In this document: one piece after another, positions 52,785-64,000 of the stretch
Layout of the letters: every line of letters starts with the position of its first letter
How positions within the stretch are numbered: position 1 is the first letter of the stretch
From: Octopus sinensis
Taxonomy: Eukaryota
Assembly: GCF_006345805.1 (NCBI RefSeq)
Contig: NC_043006.1
Coordinates: forward strand, 16,306,001-16,370,000
Length of the DNA stretch: 64,000 nucleotides
Direction of reading: 5' to 3'
Notes under the pieces: model-generated
Told to the model about the DNA's origin: nothing
Databases searched by the model: none
Seen by the model: the letters and a program-made list of their open reading frames with translations, nothing else
Translations under genes and position numbers: made by a program

Positions 52785-53010
52785 TGTGTGTTTGTGTTTG
52801 TGTGTCTGTGTTTGTCCCCCCCCCCCAACATTGCTTGACAACTGATGCTGGTGTGTTTACGTCCCCGTAACTTAGCGGTTCGGCAAAAAGAGACCGATAG
52901 AATAAGTACTAGGCTTACAAAGAATAAGTCCTGGGTCGATTTGCTCGACTAAAGGCGGTGCTCCGGCATGGCCGCAGTCAAATGACTGAAACAAGTAAAA
53001 GAGAGTAAAA
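52570..53010 (+). mobile_element. SINE family B
   Basis: Family B consensus; possibly inside an old hAT-type MITE ending AACCACTG at about 53090. Confidence 0.88.
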
Positions 53011-53254
53011 GAAAAAAAAAAGAGAGGGGTTCTAGGTTTTTAAAAATAAAGTCGAAGGATTCCGCGGCAAAAAAAGTTTGGTAACCACTGATCTAGCGAT
53101 TAGCTAAATGTTTTTTTAGATTTATCAAAGTCATACCTCTACGAATTCATACAGCGGTGTTCGTTGTTGCTCGCCGATCGTGCTGTCTGTGAAACACGTT
53201 TCTCGCCAAGTAAAGAGACGAATGTATGACGCATATATATATATCATATATATA

Positions 53255-53587
53255 CCATCAAGATGTAGGACAGGATACTGTGATAGCCTGGGCTTCCGAG
53301 GCCCACAGCTCTTCAATATCCTCCCGAAGAATCTAAGAGACCTGCATGGGGTGGATGCAGATGTCTTTAAAATGAAACTGGATCTCTTCTTGTCGGGTAT
53401 CCCAGATGAACCAACTTCACGGCAGGAGGTGCAGATGAGGGCAGCTGCATCGAACTCTCTCATGCACCAAATGGCAGTTGCTAAAAAGCATTCGTGAAGT
53501 AAAAACCATGTAGCAACACCAAATGGCGGTGCCCCAGCATGGCCACAGCTCATGAGCTGAAACTAGAATCAATCAATCAATCAATCA
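53255..53587 (+). mobile_element. CR1/L2-group LINE 3-prime fragment
   Basis: GPQLFNILPKNLR...FKMKLDLFLSGIPDEP; (AATC)n tail. Confidence 0.8.
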
Positions 53588-53819
53588 TATGTTTATTGGG
53601 TTTGGAGATGAGGGAAATATAAATGTCGCAGCATGAGAACCACTGATCTAGGGATTAACTGAATTCTTTTAGGCTTATCAAAGTCATTCTTTTGTCCGAA
53701 TTCAGACACTGACGTTTACCAGTGTTCACCAATAGCGCTGTTTATGAAACATGTTTCCCACCATGTTAACAATGAGTGTATGACGCATGTGTCTATTGTG
53801 CTTGAAGGTGAATATGTAA

Positions 53820-54196
53820 AGGCGCAATGGCCCAGTGGTTAGGACAGCGGACTCGCGGTCATAGGATCGCGGTTTCGATTCCCAGACCGGGCGTTGTGAG
53901 TGTTTATTAAGCGAAAACACCTAAAAGCTCCACGAGGCTCCGGCAGGGGATGGTGGTGACCCCTGCTGTACTCTTTCACCACTTTCTCTCACTCTTACTT
54001 CCTGTTTCTGTTGTACCTGTATTTCAAAGGGCCGGCCTTGTCACTCTCTGTGTCACGCTGAATATCCCCGAGAACTACGTTAAGGGTGCACGTGTCTGTG
54101 GAGTGCTCAGCCACTTACACGTTAATTTCACGAACAGCTGTTCCGTTGATTCGGATCAACCGGAACCCTCATCGTCGTAACCGACGGAGTGCTTCC
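53820..54196 (+). mobile_element. SINE family C1 with TSD
   Basis: TGAAGGTGAAT on both flanks. Confidence 0.9.
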
Positions 54197-55266
54197 CCTG
54201 AAGGTGAATGCAAGCTTGCAAGCATCTCCTGTGCACACATTTTAGTAATGGTGATGTAGCACCCATCAACATACGTGTAGTGCTCGCTATTAAATGGTGT
54301 TTTACTATAAGCACTGAACATTCCATTATAAGCCTCAAGTATTCCCCCTATACGCTACAGTAAGGTAGCCACACAATTTTGTAACAGAGTTACTCCTACT
54401 AGTTTTTTTCCGAATTCTAGCTATTTGATATGTATGTACGTATGTATGCATGTATGTATGCATGTATGTATGTATCTTGATAATACTAAAACTCTAGGGA
54501 GGTTTGTGTGTTGCTGAAATATCTCAGAAATAGTATATTTTATCTTAATTTGTTTTTACATATTTATTTTCACACTTACCATTTTGTGACATTTGAACCT
54601 CTATTTAAATGATTAAACACAATTTTTATTATTTCTTTCTGAAAAAAATACATGGCTTCCATGATGTCAACACACGTACACACATCCAGAATACACACAC
54701 ATATAATGAATGTCATGGCGTGTCGACCAACACAAACACACGTTCGCTATCTGTAACATATACACACACATTGTCTCCCCGTGTTATCATGTATACGTAC
54801 ATGCATCAATACATCTATTTTGTATGTACGTGTGCATGTGCGTGTGTGAGAGAGAGAGTGTGTGTATGTGAGTGAGTGAACGTGTGTGTTCTCATGTATG
54901 TGTAAGTGGCACACACACACTCTCTCTCTCTCACACACACAAACACACACACACACACACATACACACACGTACATTTCATATACACGTTCATACATTTT
55001 TCACTTTCTCCTCTCTTTCACTTTAAAACGAAAGTAACTGGTGATTTTGAGGATAAAAATTATTAGGAAATGCTTCTACTCAGATAAATTGATTACTATT
55101 GTTTGGATACTTCCAATTACATAAATCCAGAAGTTAGGTTAAATATCTATACATGCATAAGTGCCGCAAATTCCCATTCTACAAACTGGCAAATAGTTCT
55201 GTGAATACTTTATCGGGCAAGGCTGGGAAGTAAGTCTAGTATGTGTGCGTGTGCGTGTGTGTGTGT

Positions 55267-55309
<43 letters not shown>

Positions 55310-55329
55310 ATATATGCATATATATATAG

Positions 55330-55545
55330 TTAATCGAAACAAGAAAACACAAAAAAAAACACAGCAACGCGAGGACGTGGAACAAATAAAGTATTATTGG
55401 ACGCTCAGGAAAGAAGGGAAGAAGGAGGGTTTAACGTTTCGAGCGGAGCTCTTCGTCGGAAACAAAGGAGAAGGAAAGATCCCGAGAAGGGAAGACAGAG
55501 GAAAAAAAATTGCTGGCGGTGTTCACGAGGTCAGACATACAAATA
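55330..55545 (-). mobile_element. Probable PLE pseudo-LTR with hammerhead-like motif
   Basis: GTTT-CCGACGA-AGAGC-TCC-GCTC-GAAA-CGTT-AAAC at 55429-55463. Confidence 0.5.
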
Positions 55546-55792
55546 CGCATGCATACAAATATATATATTGCACGCGCATAAATGTGTCTGTATTTATGAG
55601 CATATATAGGTGATCTGCCATATATACACACACATATATATGTATGTATATATATATATATGTGTGTGTGTGTGTGCGTGTGTATGAGCATACAAATACT
55701 CATACATACAAACATATACATGCACACACGTGTGCATGTATTCAATCTAGATAGATAGATAGATAGATAGATATAAAAGAATATAAATACAT

Positions 55793-55832
<40 letters not shown>

Positions 55833-55875
55833 ATAATATGCAGGCATGTGTGTGTGTGTGAGAGAGAGAGAGAGG

Positions 55876-55922
<47 letters not shown>

Positions 55923-56295
55923 CGTGTGTACGTGCCCACACGCGCGAATTCTGCTGCGAAGAGGAAGCAAAGACTTGGATACGTTTGGTTATTAATAATA
56001 TGTAATTACTTGAAATGTATGTTAATGGGGGTGGGAGGGGGGCTCTCACGGTTACATGCGGAAATGGCGAGAGTCCGGTGACGGAACACGAGATACACTG
56101 CAGGCGAACAAATTTGGTTGTTAGACGTCATAAATAGCATAGACAGGCGCGCACACACACATACAGACGTGCGTGCACACACACTCATTCACACACACAC
56201 ACCTGGACACACACACGCGCGCATACACGTACACACTCGTACACACACACAAGTCTGTCTTCAGCCGTGTAAACAGATAACGCTGTCAGAGAGAC

Positions 56296-56722
<427 letters not shown>

Positions 56723-56809
56723 TAACTTTCTTTTATTAGCCACACAGGGCTGAATACAGAGGGGACAAATACAAATGTAGAGCTTTTCTTTTCGAGGGTG
56801 GAAAAAAGG

Positions 56810-57349
56810 TGTAGTGATCCTATAACGGTGCGCGCGCGCGCACCGTCCATTTTCTATTTCGCGCGTGCGAGTGTTGGTGCCTTCACCAAGGCACAGAAAG
56901 GAAGGACCCTCTCGCGCATGCGCGAACCACCGGAAGCACGACCCTTTTGGCTACGTGGTAGTTAGCCAAGGCAAGGGGGTCGTAGAACGTTTGACCGCTG
57001 GCAGCAGCAGCCAGGGACTTGGGGCAGCAGCGACCGAAGGCGACGGACGTGTATTTTCTCGCTGTCCAGCTTTGATAGCAGTCGGCCGAAAGCTTTTAAC
57101 CAAATTGTTGCCGACCACATTCATCTTCCCTGTTCCGGACGCCATCTTTAACCCGTTCTGTTTTTAGCGGCTGAACATTGTAAATATTACAATCCATTAA
57201 CTTTCAGCCTTGCGCGCCCAGAACCAAGGACATCAGATAACCACTTATTGTTACTGTTACCACATTAGAGAATAAAGTAGTATATATATCTTTTACGTCT
57301 GCGTCTTGTTGTTTCTGACTGGTAGAATTCTGGATTATTAAAGCAACGG
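56810..57349 (+). promoter_or_regulatory. CpG-rich promoter/first-exon-like module, copy 2
   Basis: TGTAGTGA; 22-bp palindrome ACGGTGCGCGCGCGCGCACCGT; TCGCGCATGCGCGA (NRF1 consensus-like palindrome); ACCGGAAG (ETS); CGCCATCTT (YY1); candidate donor ATT|GTAAAT at 57180. Confidence 0.7.
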
Positions 57350-57825
57350 CTAGTGATTGCTTTGTGCACCCCAAAAGTGCACGAGGATATTCACTAAGTT
57401 CGTTTCAAAGGAAATAAATGTAAGATTGCGATCAAAAGGGATCGAGAGGAAAAAAAAAATTATATCGACCCCAGTGCGTAACTGGTACTTATTTAATCGA
57501 CCCCGAAAGGATGAAAGGCAAAGTCGACCTCGGCGAAATTTAAACTCAGAACGTAACGGCAGACGAAATACTGCAGTGCATTTCACCCGGCGTGCTAACC
57601 GTTCTGCCAGCTCGCCGTCAAAATCGTATAATATACAACGAGCTCATTGTATTAAATTGGTGCAGTGCCTTGTTGGTCGGACATAACTAGGGTGGTGGTA
57701 AGAAGAAAGACATGTGAAACGGGTGTAATTCAGTGGGGGTAGCACGAGCTCAACCAGTTTCGAAAAGCAAAGCCCATTAAAGTAGCGGTATAAAAGGCAA
57801 AGCCTATTAAAGTAGCGGTATAAAT

Positions 57826-58064
57826 AAGGCGGCGAGTTGGCAGAAACGTTAGCACGCCGGGCGAAATGCTTAGCAGTAGCAGTATTTCGTCTGCCGTTAC
57901 GTTCTGAGTTCAAATTCCGCCGAGGTCGACTTTACCTTTCATCCTTTCGGGGTCGATAAATTAAGTACCAGTTACGCACTGGGGTCGATGTAATGGGCTT
58001 AATCCGTTTGTCTGTCCTTGTTTGTCCCCTCTGTGTTTAGCCCCTTGTGGGTAGTAAAGAAATA
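57826..58064 (+). mobile_element. SINE family A
   Basis: Consensus; GGTATAAA on both flanks. Confidence 0.9.
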
Positions 58065-58294
58065 GGTATAAAAGGCCGGGAGGGAAAATATTGAGCCTGT
58101 GGATCCGAAGCTGGAGCATGCCTCTAAGAGGCTTTATGCCAATCAGTTAAAATTTGAGGGCAGAACAAGCCAGGCAGCTTGGAACAGAACTGGTCTTTAA
58201 AATCAACAGGAGTAAACAATGGACATGTTTCGTTGTTATTAGACCTCCTCCATAAAACATATTCGATTCAGTTGGCAAAACGAAAAGTGATATA

Positions 58295-58540
58295 CATACA
58301 TTATACATACATACATGCATGCATACATATATACATACATACATACATACATACATACATACATACATACATACATACATACGTACGTACGTACATACAT
58401 ACATACATACATACGTACGTACGTACGTACGTACATACATACATACATACATACATACATGCGTACGTACGTACGTACGTACATACATACATACATACAT
58501 ACATACATACATACATACATACATACATACATACACACAT
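58295..58540. repeat. (TACA)n/(TACG)n microsatellite
   Basis: Direct reading. Confidence 0.95.
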
Positions 58541-59469
58541 GGCTGTGAACAAATTACTATAATGATAAAAGTTTATGAGCAGCCACCTATAGAATGATTA
58601 TTGCTTTTGTTATTGTTGCTGTTGCAGTTTAGCCCCTAGTTAACTCCCATGTGACAGAGCCGATATAGCCTTGACTATCCTATTCTTTGTTGTATATTAG
58701 GGGCCACAGTATGCATTATGCCGTTCTATTATTTAAGATGGTGGTGTACTATTTCTGGGAGGTTTTGCTGTGGACAGTCTGTAGTGAGCAGTGGTGGCTT
58801 GTGTATAGGCACTGCAGAACTGCAGCACTCCCTATTTCCACTCGATATTATCGATAGCATTCAATATAATGAGTCCTTTTTTTTTCTTTAATTCTTCCTT
58901 TATGCTTGCACATTATATAATCCTTAAGCTTAATGTCAGTAGCCATCCCCTAATTTATGAAAAAAAAATCCTTGTACAGAACTGTGCACTGCACAGTTCC
59001 AACGACGCGGTGTTTGGCTGTTATGCACATGCTCATATGTCCGAGATAGGAAGCTACACGATAGGGAGAGAAAGCACTGTGGTTCACGCAGTGCCGACCC
59101 TGGTGTGCTGGTGAAAGGCAATGTTTCTTTTTGACTCTGCATGTGTTGTGCTTAAAAACGTGTTTATATTCTTGAATGTAGAATTAGATTATTATCCTGC
59201 TTCCAGCCTCAGTGTTGCTGCCAGGATTTGAAAAATATAGCAGATTTCCACCCATTATTTTGTGATTTAGGGGGGGATTTTTGCAAAACAAGGGGAAATT
59301 CGAGGCGGTGTTCAGTGAACAAATTAAATACACAACCCGGCAGTGGCTAAAACGCGAACCGATCAAGTTTATGTATAAATTTTCATTTCATATGTTTGAT
59401 TCCTTCTACACAATATTTAAACAACGAACTATGTTGACGAACTATGGTCATCCCTCAAAGCATATGTAA

Positions 59470-61503
59470 TCTGGTTGACTGACCAGGCAGTTCCCGTTGG
59501 GCTTCCCAAGAAGAAGAAACACAAGCCCTGGGTGACGAAGAAGGTTAAACGAGAACTTCGACTCAGAGATATTGCTTGGGCTGAATTCAAAAATCTGGAT
59601 TCGACTGCAGCTTTTGAGGTGTACAAAACTCAACGAGGCCGAGCCGTGAAAATTGAAAAGGAAGAATGCTTCAGTTATGAATACAAAATCGCGGCAAATG
59701 CCAGTAGCAATCCAAAAACCTTCTTTGCCCATATCCAACGGAATTCTCGCTTGAACAACCAGATTGCAACGTTGGTAGACTCAACAGGCGTATCGATTGA
59801 GGACCCTTATCAACAGAGTCAATTATTTGCCGAGGCTTTTTCAACTATTTTCAAACAAGATGATGGTTGTGAACCCCCTCCATTTGTTAGATCGGTACCG
59901 GCAATGCTTCGATTGGTCATCACGCGGGACGAAGTCAAACGTGTTATTCAAGGCCTCGATGTCAACAAGGGTCACGGCCCTGACGGCATACACCTACGGG
60001 TTATCAAAGCGTTGGCTCCGGTCATCTGCGAGCCCTTAACACGTCTATTCAATATGTCATTGGCGACGGGTGTTATACCTGCGGACTGGAGAACAGCGAT
60101 AATCTGCCCAATTTTCAAGAAAGGGAGCCGCGAAGACCCGCTTAACTACCGACCGGTTTCCCTTACATCAATAATCAGCAAGATATTCGAAACCATCCTT
60201 AAGAAAAGTATGATGCTCCACCTCCAAAACACAGCCTCTATCTCTGATTCCCAATACGGCTTCGTGCCGAAGAGATCATGCTTGACCAACTTACTGGTAA
60301 TGGAAGAATTGGTGACGCGCATCCTCGATGATAGTGATGCTGTTGACATCGTTTTATTGGACTTTGCCAAAGCTTTTGACTCGGTAAACCACCGCCTATT
60401 ACTTGTCAAGCTTCAAGCATATAGTTTCCATCCAGATATTGTACGATGGGTTGGTGCCTTCCTCTCAGATCGCTCCTTCCAAGTCCAAGTTAATGGTTCG
60501 CGGTCCGACGTCTCCAGTGCGAGCAGTGGCGTGCCTCAAGGTTCAGTGCTTGGGCCCTTATTGTTCTTAGTCTTCATAAATGACTTGCCCGACGACCTCA
60601 CGCAACACACCATTCTATTTGCCGACGATGTCAAACTGGTCGCTCCTCGCGGTGATATAGAGGATCTTCGTTGATGCCTCCACCAAATTTGGAGGTGGTC
60701 TAACGAATGGGACCTGTGTCTGAACGTGTCAAAGTGCTGTCATCTGCCTGTTGGCTCTCCTCCTGCAACTCAACTTGTTTTCGAGCCGGGTTGTCTGCTG
60801 CTGGAGAGGACCGATCAGGTAAAGGACCTGGGTATCTTGGTGGATTCCTCCTTTTCGCCTTCGGCCCAGTGCGTCCATGCTGCCAACAAAGCACGCGGAA
60901 TTCTGTTCTTGATTCGACGGTCATTCGGAATGCTCACAGCAGCCATATTCCTACCACTCTATGTCACACTGGTGAGACCCATATTGGAGTATGGGATTCA
61001 AGCCTCTTCTCCTTATCTCCTCAAAGACATACAGCATCTCGAAAGAGTCCAGAAGCTGGCTACCCGCATGGTTCATGGTCTCAAAAATTTGTCCTATGAA
61101 GAAAGGCTGAGGACGCTCGACCTTTATTCTCTAGAAAAACGCCGCCGCCGTGGTGATCTCATTCACGCCTACAACATCATAAGCGGAAAGTGTAACCTCT
61201 CGAAAGAGCTGTTCTTCACTCCTGCTCCAGAGCGTCGGCTGCGGGGTCATTCCGAAAAGCTCTACCTGCGACGATTTCATCTCAATCGAAGGAGAGGAGC
61301 TTTCTCCGTCCGGGTTGCGGATCCGTGGAGCAAGCTGCCAGACGAGATGGTGAAGATGCCGACGACCGCTTGGTTCAAAGCCTCCCTTGACCTCAAGTGG
61401 CCTGAACTCTTTACATGAACACCACCCTGTACTTAACTCCATGTCCCCCTACATGGCCTTGCTATTTGCTTTTGAGCCAAATTAACTAACTAACTAACTA
61501 ACA
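59470..61503 (+). mobile_element. CR1-clade LINE, 5-prime truncated, RT ORF broken by one in-frame stop
   Basis: GPDGI, NYRPVSLTS, LDFAKAFDSV, GVPQGSVLGP, FADD motifs; ORFs 59475-60674 and 60726-61418 are in the same frame; (TAAC)n tail. Confidence 0.95.
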
Positions 61504-62748
61504 ACGGCTAGAAATTTTCTGAAGCAGCACCCCAAATAATTTATCTACAAGCTGCCACTGGTAGTGAGGTAAACATATTTGTGGTAATGACAGCGTTGGT
61601 CACCGCGGCGACGGCGGCGATGGTGTTTTGTTGGTGGTAGTGCAAGTGGCATTGTGGTGATGGCAGCTGTTGTTTAGCTCCAAGTGAACCTTGGAGCTAA
61701 AGGTGACTTATGACCAACGATGCGTTCCAGCCGTAACCATCCTGCTTTCTATTTTATGACTATATAACATTTAAAGCACAATTTAATGTGTCCTTCCTTT
61801 TGAAGTGGTTATGCATTTATTTGAAGGACATTTGACTGCTATTTCTGGCGTATCGAACGACCACGTAGAGGCTCCCTTGATGGTGATGACTAGTAGATGT
61901 TTGTCGAAAACATAAAAACAATAACAAAATCATCAGTAGAGAATCGTAATATTTAAGAATTAGAAACAATTTTGTCCGCATCAGTTCTACGATATCAGTC
62001 TCATATTTAACAACCAAGCAACAATGATGTTATTAGAGATTTTGTGGGCAAGCATTCACTTCGGTTATAACAAGAAATGTTTATACACATACAAGAAATA
62101 TTTTAGTTATTTAGATATATTTAGAGATATTTTAGTTATTTAGATATATTTAGAGATATTTTTGCTATTAAGATGAAAATTTTTCATGGTTATTGAAGAT
62201 AGAATAAGTAGAAAAAGTGAGAACAAAACTGCCAACAGAGTTCTATGAAGCACCCGAGGTTGTTCTGTTTGGGAGTTCAATGTCCCAACTTTTATAGCAT
62301 TCAGTCAAAACTTCTAGAACCTTCAGCAGAACTATAAGGAGGCGAAAATTCACAAAACTTACTTTCAAATCTACTGTTATTTGGTTACATACTGGCCGAT
62401 CTGATTGATCGAACCATTTTCAAGTAGGTATGTATACATGCCTTTAATGACGACAGCTAATTTCTCGTGGCCAACCTTTGTTTTTTATGGCAGTATAATC
62501 GGACCGTGTTCCTATACTTGAAAATCTGAGTGAGATGCCTTGAAACTTAGCAGAAGCCTTTCTACAAGCTGAAGTAAATAACCAAACATCTATGATGTCC
62601 ATGTGGCGCATGAATTCAACTTACATTTATAAATGCAATATTTGGATACATCATCGATGTTGTATTCCGGTGCCACGGGCTGTTTGAGGTCTTATATGGC
62701 ACATCCCCATCCAAGTAGTATAAACAAGAAGCTTAAGTAAACAACTGT

Positions 62749-63132
62749 AGGCGTAGGAGTGGTTGTGTGGTAAGTAGCTTGCTTACGAACCGGGTTCAGT
62801 TCACTGCGTGGCACCTTGGGCAAGTGTCTTCTACGGGCCGACCAATGCCTTGTGAATGGATTTGGTAGACGGAAACTGAAAGAAGCCCGTCGTATATATA
62901 TATATATATGTATGTGTGTATGTTTGTGTGCCTGTGTTTGTCCCCCCAACATCGCTTTACAACCGATGCTGGTGTGTTTACGTCCCCGTAACTTAGCGGT
63001 TCGGCAAAAAAATCGATAGAATAAGTACTAGGCTTACAAAGAATAAGTCCTGGGGTCGATTTGCTCGACTAAAGGCGGTGCTCCAGCATGGCCACAGTCA
63101 CATGACTGAAACAAATAAAAGAGTAAAAGAGA
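62749..63132 (+). mobile_element. SINE family B
   Basis: Family B consensus. Confidence 0.88.
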
Positions 63133-64000
63133 GCAACCAAATATCTATGATGTCCTTCTAGAGTATGTGTTCAATGCAACACTTGGACACATCATCGGTG
63201 TTGTATCATGGTGCCATTGGATGTTCCAGCTTTTACAAAAGATGCCTTCATACAATTGATCCAGCCAAGGTTGATCGAGCCCGTGTCCGTCTGACCTGAG
63301 AACTATTCCAACCGTAACGAGAAACTTAGGATCTTTTCACTTTGACCGGCAGATTTTAAAAATTATTTCTTTTGTAACTAAACACTTTTAAACTTCGTAT
63401 AGTGGTAGAATGTGTCACATAAAACATCTTTTTCTCTTGGCGTTCTTGAGAAAATTATGTAGTTTGTAAGCTATTTCTTGTTTAATTTGTTGTATTTCGG
63501 CAATTTCAACCAATCAATGACGTCGTTAAATACGTATATTTTTAGTCCACAATTCCAGCAGCACGTCAATTATTTTATTGTAACTCTTTCGCCACCATAT
63601 TTCTGCTGAAATCAGTTTTAGTAATAATGAAGAGTTTAGCAAAATAAACGGCATTATCAATATGGTGTTTAAAACTTGGCATGAAATTTTGAAAGGTTGT
63701 TTTAATGATAAAAGGTTGCAGTGCAATTCAGTTAGTGACCAAGTGGCAGTTAGTGCGACGAAAATTTTGACGCAAAATAATGAATAAGTGAAATTTACAT
63801 TTTGGTACTACTTAAGAACAGTGGTCCCGGTGCGCGTACTCGCGCATCCGCGCTAGCTAGTCATGACTAGTCGATCCTTACTGTGTGTTTTTGTGTTTTA
63901 TTTACTTTGTTTAACAAAAATTATTTACTTTGTGTAAAAAAATTGAATCTTTTCGGTTTGAACGGCAGTTTTTTTCTAGCGGTGTCATATGAAATTGTCA

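Noticed and set aside
56865-57167. 100-aa ORF in module copy 2 and 67-aa ORF 40824-41027 in copy 1 as a host gene
   Set aside because: Similarity between them is limited to a short DNA-level block, starts and frames are not conserved, and I recognise no domain

Overview
Eukaryotic, AT-rich, very repeat-dense non-coding DNA, probably from an octopus or another coleoid cephalopod. That assignment is an inference from the SINE complement and the very high (TA)n/(CA)n/(TACA)n/(GATA)n density. I recognise no host protein-coding exon. Every ORF with a recognisable product is a transposon remnant: RTE, CR1/L2-like, R4/Dong-like and HERO/NeSL-like LINEs, Penelope-like elements (PLEs), Tc1 and hAT. 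The other long ORFs I examined are microsatellite read-throughs or antisense SINE frames. The window also holds dozens of tRNA-derived SINE copies (at least five families), four non-autonomous Helitrons, several hammerhead-type ribozyme motifs in PLE tails and a 100-N gap flanked by a probable false duplication. The most interesting non-TE signal is a pair of diverged homologous CpG-rich modules of about 450-540 bp in inverted orientation (40695-41134 and 56810-57349). They keep (CG)n, NRF1-like, ETS and YY1-like motifs plus a candidate splice donor, and probably represent duplicated promoter/first-exon units of two divergent paralogous transcripts. Family names A-G are my own working labels, and coordinates and alignments were read by eye.
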